Shown here one piece after another: positions 50,197 through 59,842 of a stretch of 64,000 nucleotides of DNA. Each line of letters opens with the position of its first letter. Position 1 is the stretch's first letter. The notes beneath the pieces were generated by a model. That model was not told the DNA's origin. It saw only the letters and a program-made list of their open reading frames with translations, and did not search any database. The DNA comes from Raillietiella orientalis (taxonomy: Eukaryota). The translations under genes were made by a program, and so were the position numbers. Location: NCBI GenBank assembly GCA_036172245.1, contig JAYWIR010000136.1:1-64000 (forward strand), in the 5' to 3' direction.

Positions 50197-53100
50197 TCAC
50201 CATCAGCTGACGACAATGCCGTTCCGGCATTGCCAGCGAAGGACGTCTGCGCGCCGATCGATGAAGCCGCCCCTGTCGCGCCTGCGCAAAGCGTCGGTGC
50301 GGAAAGCGAGGAGGCGGCGCGCATAACGGACGCGACCTTCGCGCAGGCCGCGGAAGAGCTGGCAGCCATGTTACGGCAGCCTGCCAAGGCCGAGAAGAAG
50401 GCCTTGAGACGACCGGCAGCGGTGAAGGGCCCGGAAAATTCCGAGTCCGAAACCGAAGCCGGTTGTTCTACTTCCGCAGCCGTGCCGAAGAGGAAGGCTG
50501 GCAAGAAGACCGGTTGCCCGAGACGGGTCGCCCCTCAACAGGTGGAGGAGGCCATGTCCTCGGGCACGGAGGAGGAGGCAATGTGCGTCGCGCCACGCGA
50601 CCCCTCTGCGATCCGTGTCTCGGAAGCCAGCCCCATGGAAGTCGCTGTGGACGACGTGCTCCCGTGTGAGCAGCCGACCGTCGTCACGGCCGCCAACAAG
50701 CCGCCTCCCGCAAGGGAGGAGGCCGCCTCCACCCCACAATAAACGCATCAGTGTGTGGGCTCGCCTTCTGCCGCCGCTTGCGCATCACCTGTTGGAATGT
50801 CAACGGGTTGCGCGACGACGGAAAGAGGCGAGATGTAGCCGCCATACTGCGAGATTTCCACCTGGTGCTCCTGCAAGAGACGCACGTTCTCCGACCGGGA
50901 GATGTCCCGGAAATCGAAAGAATCGCGAAAGGGCGGCTACTGTGGAGGAACGGAACGGACAACTCCTGCGGAGTGGCCTTTCTGCTAAAGCCAACCGTCG
51001 ACAACTCACTGCGCAGTGCACGGTTCGACGGGGATGGTCGAGTTGGGCAGCTTGTGTTCAAGTGGTCCGACTCGATCGACCTCGTAGTCACGAACCTGTA
51101 CGCTCCGGTGAGCAGCCACAGGGCCAAGGAACGCACCGCGTTCTTGGAATCCGTGCGGCGAGACTGGTTGGCCGAAGCAGGCGTGCGAAGTGCGCACCTC
51201 ATTGCGGGCGATTTCAATCTCTGCCTGCTGGCAGGTGCGCCCAGCGGACGAGCACAGCTGGTCAACGAGTTGTGCGCAGCCATGCATGCGCGCAACTTGT
51301 TGGCCGGCGATGCCGGGAGAGATCGGAACATCGACCACATGTTCCTCGACAACCACCTGTGCACGCGGGTGGGAACTCGAGGAACGCTCCCGGCAGAGCT
51401 GTCCGACCATCCACGGCTCGTGCTTGAGTTACATCCGCGCAATAAGGGCCCTCCCCTGAAAACATGGCGCCTGCCAAGGAATTGGTTGCGCCTCGCAGGA
51501 GCGGCGGAACATCTACGCTGTTTCCTGCGAGGATTCCAGCTTCAGACGCTCGCGGAATGGGACGAAATGAAGTGCTCATTCCGTGAGTTTCGCGACCAGT
51601 TTCCCCTGGAACGTCTTCCGCCGGGCTTCGATGAGGGTGTCAGGAACGAGCGGGCGTACCTCCAGGCGCGCCGTTATTCCCGGCGTCCCGACGTCCGTCG
51701 CCTGGCTGAATTCAAGGCTGAGGCGGAGAGGCAGACCTGGCAGTCAGGCTCGGCCTGCCTGCTGGATCATCAGGGCCAAGAACGCTCCAGCCCAGCCCAG
51801 GTAAGCCGCATCGTGCGGGAGTTTTATTCCTCCTTGTACGCGCCACTAACACCTGAGCGCCATTTCGCGCAGCGCCTGCTGCCGGATGGCGCTGCCGCGC
51901 TCAAGGAGGAGGACCGTTCCAGATTGGCGGAACCTTTCACGATGGCGGAGATCATCTCCGCCATCAACAGGCTCAAGAGAAGGCAGGCACCAGGGGAGGA
52001 CGGCCTTCTTGCGGAGTTTTACCATCGCTTCGCGCCAGAGCTGGCCCCCCTGGTGCTCAGGTTAAGTGCGCTGATCCGCGAACACGGCGAAGTTCCCGCC
52101 TCGTTCCGGTCAGCTAAAGTACGTCTCCTGCCGAAGTCAGGAGACTTACGCAACATTGGCAACTGGCGTCCCATCACAGTAGTGAATGCGGACGCAAAGT
52201 TGTATGCCAAATTGTGGGTTGATCGTTTAGGACCGGTGGCGGATTCCGTGATCAGCCCGGAGCAAACATACGCTGTTCCCGGACGAACCATGGAGGCCAA
52301 CCTGCTCCTCGCCAGCTCATGGTGGCAGTTGCGACAACGCGTTGCACAGGACGGTCAAGGGAGCCTCGCGTCCACCTCTCACCAAGAAGATCGTGCAGAG
52401 GGTGGGATGGACTCGGCGGGAGCCTTTGCCGTCGCGGTCGATTTGCACAAAGCATTCGACTGCGTCGACCAGGATCTCCTTCTGGAGCTCCTGGAACGCA
52501 TGGGTTTCCCTGCCGTGCTTCAATCTTACCTGCGCTCCTGCTGGCGCAACGCGTCAATCAATATCGGTTTCAGCGGCCGGCACGTGTACGGCGTGCCCGT
52601 ACGCCGCGGCATCCGGCAGGGTGACAGCCTGAGCCCCTTGCTCTTCAGCATCTACTTCGAGTTGGTGCTGAGGGCATACAGGGTAACTCTGGCAACCCTG
52701 CCGAGCTCGTGTGCCGGCACGCCTGCCGTGTCGGCCTATGCAGACGATCTTCTGTTGCTGCTACCCGGGTCCACCCCGGCGAGTGCACTCGAGGACTTCT
52801 TCGAGTTGCTGCGCCGCGGGACGGGCCTGGAGGTGAACAGGGCGAAGTCGTCCATGGTCTTCGTCGGTTCGGCGTGGGCTGGACGGTCGGACTGGATCCG
52901 CTTGGGGATCCCCACGGGCAGGTGCTTTAAGTACCTTGGTGTTCCGTTGGGGGAATTCTGCGTGACAGAAGCCTGGTCCGACCGTCTACAAAAGGCATCG
53001 TTGGCGATCGGTGCGTTTCACGAAGGCAAGTTTTACTTGCAGGAACGGGCCGCGGTGTGGAACGCGTTTGCGGCTCCCCTTCTTCGCCCCCCACTTTTTG

Positions 53101-54565
53101 TTTGCCCCGCCCTTTATTTTATTCGGAAACGAGCAGCGGGCCTCCTGAGGACAGTCCTTTGGGGCAAAGGGAGGTCCCGTGTGAGGCTCAAAGACTTGTG
53201 CGCTCCACTTTAGGACGGTGGACCTGGCGTACTTACGCTGGAGCGCATGGAACTACAACTTCGATTCAGGACTCTCGCCCTTGCGGCAGAATTGTGGGGC
53301 ACGCCTTGGTGCGTTCCAGCACGCCTCCTGGCCCAACGAGCCTGCGGAATCGGCGGACTTTTGTCGTTTCTGTCTGCGCGCGTCTGCAGAAGACCATACT
53401 GTGGCTCTATGCTGCGACGCATCTTTGTTGCGGTTCGGGAGAACGCCTGGATCTCCTGCCTCCCAGGGAACTACTCCGCCTGGTTGCACGAGTCAGTCTC
53501 CACCTGGGTAAAGATCCACGTTCCGGCGGGCACAAGGAACACTTGTATGAAAAGGCACGCCCGCTGGACGCTGCAGGAGATCGTGCAGTCCCACTACAAG
53601 CTTCTGTGGGCCTTGATAACCCCCCTCGCCCCAGTGCTGCCCTTCCTTGTGAATGCCAGGGACAGTAGCGAGCAGGGGAAATGGACCGTGTCCTGCACTA
53701 TAGGCGGCAGGACACAATCGCTAAAGGCGTGGACATCCCGGCAGCTAGCTGACGCTGCGACGCCGAGTGTCCCGCCCAACGGAATTCGACGCTGGGGCGA
53801 GCTACTCGGACTATCTCCGGAGGAGATGAAGTGGCCCCCAGCGTCCTGGAACAGTGCATCCCTCCCCCTGAAATGGCAGGATGTGGCGTTGCTTGTGGTC
53901 CTCTGGGGACTTCCATTCAAAGCACGCCTTCATCACACAACCCGGGGGGCTGTGGATCCTTATTGTGACCGGTGCAGGGAAAAAGAGACCTTCCCCCACC
54001 TTCTCATCGAGTGCAGTGCCATCCGCCCTTTATGGGATCGTCTCGCGGCGATCCTGGACTTGCGCGGATGCGGCCCAAAGGACGTTTTCAGGCGCCTCTT
54101 CTGTAGTGACGCCTTGTCCCCGCCCGCTAGTGTAGCAGTCCTCTGCTGCATCAGAGGAATAGTGGCGGCTTGGAACGCCACCAGAAGAAGGCGTCAGCCA
54201 ACCGGCAACGCCTTACACTGGACTCGCGTTTTCGCGCGAAGTGTCTGCAAGTGGCGCCACTTGGGCGCTGAAAGGACTCAGCTTGTGCGGATCCTGAATA
54301 GGATCTAGAGGACCTCTCCACGCGCACCGTGATCCCTTCCCCGCCCTCCCATCCCTACAACATTTGTTCCCCCCCCCACATTTGAACTTTTTGTTTCTTT
54401 TTGTTTTTTTTTATTTCCCATCCTCGCGCATCGGAAGGACCTCTCCGGCACGGAGCCGGTAACCAGCAAGCTGTTATGGAGTGGTGAACCTTCGGGTTCG
54501 CCACGCGACAATTTTTCTGTTAGTTTATTTCTATGAAATAAATGCCCCGGCACATCCGGGTGTGA
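50197..54565 (+). mobile_element. H/G-type element: ORF1 C-terminus (to 50742), ORF2 and 3' UTR
   Basis: Resumes after the TSD at VTSPSADD; ends aaataaatgccccggcacatccgggtgtga. Confidence 0.9.
50751..54308 (+). pseudogene. Near-intact ORF2 (APE-RT-zinc finger, ~1185 codons), one in-frame TAG at 53211-53213
   Basis: The 820-aa and 353-aa ORFs are in the same frame; all catalytic motifs are present. Confidence 0.92.
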
Positions 54566-54574
54566 ACGACCGTA

Positions 54575-54726
54575 TTTCCCATCCCCGCGCATCGGAAGGA
54601 CCTCTCCGGCACGGAGCCGGTAACCAGCAAGCTGTTATGGAGTGGTGAACCTTCGGGTTCGCCACGCGACAATTTTTCTGTTAGTTTATTTCTATGAAAT
54701 AAATGCCCCGGCACATCCGGGTGTGA
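54575..54726 (+). repeat. Tandem copy of the terminal ~150 bp of the 3' UTR
   Basis: Nearly identical to 54414-54565; separated by acgaccgta. Confidence 0.92.
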
Positions 54727-54737
54727 ACGACCGTAAA

Positions 54738-54926
54738 GTGAGAGGACGTGTTTTTCGGTGCTTCCGAAAACCGTCTTTTTTGCGAGTGTCGGTGTTTTTC
54801 TAGGTGCGGTCGTTCCTGGGCAGAAATGCCCGAGGACACCGCCACCACGGCGAAGGGGGGCGAGCGAGCCTCGTTCCCCCAACCCATGGATGTGAGGGCC
54901 ATCTCCCCCACGGATTCGGGTGTGAA
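54738..54926 (+). mobile_element. Subfamily G 5' end fused to a 10-nt 3' terminus (mini-element)
   Basis: Matches 40226-40405, then cgggtgtgaa at 54917-54926. Confidence 0.7.
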
Positions 54927-56309
54927 CAACCCGCCGCCGCGCGAACGCCGACGCCGCGACAAAGTCGCGAGCCCAGCGTGAGCAGCGACGATCGGGACTT
55001 CAACAAGGCGGCGGAAGAGTTGGCAGCTATGCTCCAGCAGCCTCCCAATGCCCAGAAAAAGTCCTTGAGGCGTCCGGCTGAGGCGAATGGACCGGTGACT
55101 TCCGAGTCCGAAGCCGAAGCCGGCAACGATCCGGCTGTCGCTCTCCCGAAGCGCAAATCGGGCCGAAAGGTAGGCAACCCGCGGCGCTCCCCACCTCCAC
55201 CGGCGGAGGAAAAAATGCGGTCGGACCACGACGACGGGGAGGCGATGTCCGCAAGGTCTCGCGACTCCTCGCCGGAGACGTCCCTGGCAAAGCAGGGTCA
55301 TCCAACCACCACCACAACCACCGACGGACCGCCTCCTTGCGAGCAACAGCCCGTCGCAATGGATACACAACTCCCGCCTGCTGAACAGCAGGCGGAGGAC
55401 GGTAAGCAAGCACAATAAACACACCAACGCGTGGACTCTCCTCCTGCCGGCGACAGCGCGTAATCTGTTGGAACGTCAACGGGTTGCGCGACGACGGCAA
55501 GAGGAGAGAAGTGGCCGCCAGCCTGCGGGACTTCGACCTGGCGCTTTCGCAGGAGGCGCACGTTCTCCACGCAGGGGAGGCCCAGGAAATCGAACGGATT
55601 GCAGGCGGGCGGCTCGTATACCAAAACGGGAGAGACCACACCCGCGGTGTGGCTTTCATGCTGAAGCCAGCCGTCGTTGATGCGCTGCGCGACGTGCACT
55701 TCGACGGGGAAGGTCAAATCGGGCAGATTGTTGCCAAGTGGTCCGACGCGATCGACCTCGTCGTGACAAACGTGTACGCGCCCGGCGCGAGCCACAGGCG
55801 CGGGGAACGCACTGCGTTCTTCGAAGGCCTGCGGCGAGATTGGCTGGCCGAAGCAGACATGCGAAAGGCGCACCTCATTGCCGGGGACTTTAACGTCCGC
55901 CTGCTGGCAGGTGCGCCCGACATTCGCGCACAGCTGGTCAACGAGATGTGCGCTGCCATGCACGCGCGCAACTTGTTGGCCGGTGACGCCGGGACGAAGA
56001 CGAGGATCGACCACATGTTCCTCGACAACCACCTGTGTTCGCGGGTGGGAAATCGAGGGGCAGTGCCATCCGAACTCTCCGACCATCCCCGGCTCGTGCA
56101 AGAAATACACCCGCGCGGTAGAGGTCCACCCTCCACAGCGTGGCGTTTGCCAGGGGACTGGTTGCGCCTCGCAGGAGCAGCGCAACATCTTCGCTCGTTC
56201 CTGCAAGGCTTCCATCTGCAGTCGCTCGCGGACTGGGACGACTTGAAGAGCTCAGTCCGCGAGTTCTACGACCAGTTTCTCCTTAACGGTCTTTCTCCAG
56301 GTTTCGGCG
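54927..56309 (+). pseudogene. J-like ORF1 C-terminus (to 55418) plus ORF2 APE domain (from 55427)
   Basis: FNKAAEELAA in ORF1; CWNVNG, GDFN and SDH in ORF2; cut at PGFG. Confidence 0.88.
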
Positions 56310-59167
56310 TCATCACTCGGGTACGCCCGGGGCGTTTACTAATAAACTTTACATGCGTGGTACAAGGCCCCACCACGGCCGTAAACACAGGACCTGTCGG
56401 GACATCGGGACGCAGCTTGGCGTGGCACTTCCCGACAGCGAAAGGGGATGAGGGGAAAAACAAAAAGAAAAATAAAGAAATAAAAAAAACAAAAAAAGTT
56501 TGGAGGGCAGGGTAGGGATCACTGGTCGCTGTGAGGAGGGCCCATCCTTCGAAGAAAGCCCTCGAGGTGTCTCCGCATATCTCCCAGTTGGGGCCATCCG
56601 GCAGCTCTTCGCAAGAAGCGCTGGGCATACGGGATGACATCCCTCGCCTGTGGACCCACTCCTTCGTTATTGGCGTCGCTCCATGCCGCCACGATGCCAC
56701 GGACGCAGCACAAGGCTGCGATGGCTGCGGCTGGCTGCAGGGCGTCCTTCACGAAGAGGGGCCGAAGAACGTCTCTGGGAATGCTGCCCGTAGGGAGCCC
56801 TCGGTTCGCCCCGAACCGTTCCCAGAGGGGTCGGATGGCAGCACAGTCCACAATAAGGTGAGGAAGCGACTCCCGCTCCCCACACCTGGCACACGCAGGA
56901 TCCACAGCTCCCCTCGTCCAGTGGAAGCGGCGCGCGTTGCAGGGTAAACCCCAGTGCAACAAAAGCAACGCCGACTCTTGCCACTTGAGGGGCAGGATCC
57001 TGGATTCCTTCATCACCGGGGGCCACTTCAGCTCATCCCTGGGGATGGCGAGCAGCTCGCCCCATCTTCTTAGTCCTCGCGGCTGGACGCTCGCCATCGT
57101 GGCGTCGGCCAGTTCTCCTGTTGTCCGGCCGCTGATCAACTTCTGGCGTCCCTCGATGCAGTAGGAGACTTGCCACCTTGGCGTCCGGGTGCTGTGAAGT
57201 GCCCTCCTTAGGAAGGGCAGCGCCGTAGCTAGGCAGGTCGTCTCTGCCCACGTGCATCTTCCTGGACTCTCCAGGAGATTCCGCAGCGTGCAGCGGGAGT
57301 AGGGGCTGCATCGAAGACGATTCCGCGTCTCGTGGCTTCTCTGGTTAACCACTGCCCACGTTCAATATTCTCCTCCAGCCAGACGGGGGAGTTGGCGGGG
57401 CAGCAAATCATCCAGATGTTCTCCTTGGCCAATGTTGCGATGCGCCCGAGCAGTAGGCCGCATCTTTGCATATTCCGGCCACGGCTCACAAGATAAGACG
57501 CGAGTCCATTGCACCGGGACACACGGCAGGCCAGGAGGCGGGCCGGAGTGCACCAATGGGTGCTCCACATCTTCGCTGCGATGGCGAGGCTTCGCCACCG
57601 CAGCTGCTTCTCCACGCGCTCCAGCGTCAGGAGGCCGAGACCGCCGTACCGACGAGGAGCGCTTAAGTCATCTAGAGGCAGACGTGGCCTCCCTCTGCCC
57701 CAGAGGGCGATGCGAAGTAGGTCCTTGGTCCTCTTTTTAACGTCACGGGGGACGGGGCACACTAAAAGCAGGGGGCGGAGGATGGGAGCCGCGAAGGCGT
57801 TCCACACCGCGACCCGTTCCGGCAGAAGGAACTTGCCTTCCAGGAACGGGCCGATTGCCAACTCTACCTTCTGGAGACGACCTGACCAGGCTTCTGCGAG
57901 GCAGAAGTCCCCTATCGGGACACCCAGGTACTTCAGGTACCTGGCCGTGAAGATCCCCAAGCGGATCAAGTCAGGCCGTCCGACCCACGTCGCACCCACC
58001 GGTACGACCGACGACTTCGCCTTGTTTACCCGCAATCCAGTCCCACGACTTAGCAGGTCGAAGAAATCCTCTACTGCGGCTGCCGGGGCGGACATGGGCA
58101 ACATGAGCAGAAGGTCGTCGGCGTATGCTGCTATGGCGAGCGTGCCGGGGCACGAGCTGGGCAGGGCAGCCAAAGTCACCCTGTACGCTTTCAGCACCAA
58201 CTCAAAGTAGGTGCTGAAGAGCAGGGGACTGAGGCTATCGCCCTGCCGTATGCCCCGTCGCTCCGGCACGCCGTACACCTGTTGGCTGGAAAAGACGATG
58301 TTGACAAAGGCATTGCGCCAGCATGAGCTCAGGTAGGAGAGAAGGAAGGGTGGGAAGCCCATGCGACCCAGGAGCTGCAACACTAGCTCCTGGTCTACGC
58401 AGTCGAACGCCTTGTGGAGATCAACGGCGATCGCTAGGGCTCCCTTCCCAGCCCGGGTATCCATTCCCAGCCCAGCTGGCGGTCCCAAAGTGGGGTTGCC
58501 AATGTTTCCCCCTGTTTCCTTCAGGCAAGGCTGCACATGGAACCATGTGCTCGCGAAGAACAGGTTGGCATCCATACTTCGCCCGGGAACAGCGTATGTC
58601 TGCTCCGGGCTAATTATGGAGTCTGCCACCTGTCCTCTACGCGAAGCTCACAGTCCAGCGATCAGCTTGGCGTCCGTATTCACATTTGTGATCGGACGCC
58701 AGTTGCCTAGGGATCTCAGGTCCCCTCCCTCCGGGAGGAGCCTCACACGGGCTGACCGAAACGAGGCGGGAACGTCGCCTTCGTCTCGGATCAGCCCGGT
58801 CAACTGGAGCACCAGGGAAGCCAGCTCTGTCGCGAAGCATTAAAAAAATTCCGAAGGAAGGCCGTCCTCCCCTGGCGCCTTACGCCTCTTAAGCCTTTTA
58901 ATACCGGCGAGAATTTCACCGGTAGAAAAAGGCTCGTCGGGGCTGATCCTCTCCTCCTCCCCTATTGCCTGGCCTCCGTCCGGAAGCAGGAGCCGCTTTC
59001 GGGGCAGGTGCCCCTATCTCCATGGGTACGGGGGACGTTCGCCCGGCCCCCACCCCACATTCACTAGTGGCGGGATCTGGCATTTCTGCCATCCCCCGAC
59101 CACTGATGCACCGCACTACACCAATAAAGTCGAACGAGTCAGAAGCGCGCAGAGAACACGTCTGAAC
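56310..59167 (-). mobile_element. Subfamily C element: 3' UTR, ORF2 RT and zinc finger (stop at 56519), joined near 58990 to a 5' end with ORF1 start at 59083
   Basis: YADD and CARCGE motifs; CAGACGTGTTC and GCAGAAATG at the right end. Confidence 0.85.
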
Positions 59168-59829
59168 GTCGGCACTGCTGGTGTTGCATTGGGGGCTTCC
59201 TTGCAACCCCCGCCGACACCACTGGACGAAAAGGGGTGTCAACCCTAATTGTGTCAGCTGCGGGAGAGAGAATACCTCCTCAACCAGTTAGTGGATTGTG
59301 TTGCCCTCCGTCGCTTGTGGGAACGCTTTGCCGCAGCCCTGGGGATCCCCGGAGGCAACCCCTGAGACGCTTTGCGCCCCTTCTTCGTCCGTGACGCCCT
59401 GCCTCCAGCGGCCTCGCTTGCAGCCTTGTGCTGCCTACGCGGGATCGTCGTGGCATGGAGCAAAGCGACGGGAGGATCCAGCGACGGGGATGCCAGCGTG
59501 TATGCCGCCCGTTTCCTCAGGATGGCGACGCGATGGCCCCATCTGGAACCACACAAGCAGAAACAGCTTGCCGGCATCCTCCAGAGGATGACGGACCGTA
59601 CCAGCAGACTGTGATCCCTTCCCGATCATTCCCTGATTTTTGTTTATTTTTTGTTTTCTTTTTGTTTCGTTCCCCCTCCCCTCTGCTGCCGAGGTCGACC
59701 GCGCCGGTCTGCGCACCGGTAGCCCGGCAGGCTATATCTTTCCAGGGCGTGGCAGGACTACTGGTCCAGTCACAGATTGTATAGGTTTATTCCTGAGAGT
59801 AAACGTCCCGGCGCACCAGGGTTTCAATG
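59168..59829 (+). mobile_element. 3' fragment of subfamily E
   Basis: Homologous to 23346-24007. Confidence 0.9.
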
Positions 59830-59842
59830 GAGAATCCGGAGC

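Larger units (their letters stand above)
30096..54308. repeat. ~10 kb inverted duplication: 30350-40112 (-) versus 44527-54308 (+); also 30096-33030 (-) versus 41587-44526 (+)
   Basis: Same I-in-H nesting and same TSD in opposite orientations; I copies are near-identical by eye. Confidence 0.85.

Noticed and set aside
50751..54308. Prokaryotic RT system (group II intron, retron, DGR)
   Set aside because: The N-terminal APE, upstream CCHC ORF1, 5' truncations and TSDs are hallmarks of eukaryotic non-LTR elements.
54414..54737. LTR or CRISPR-like direct repeats
   Set aside because: Only two copies of an element 3' end. There are no spacers, and no cas, integrase, protease or RNase H sequence was recognised.
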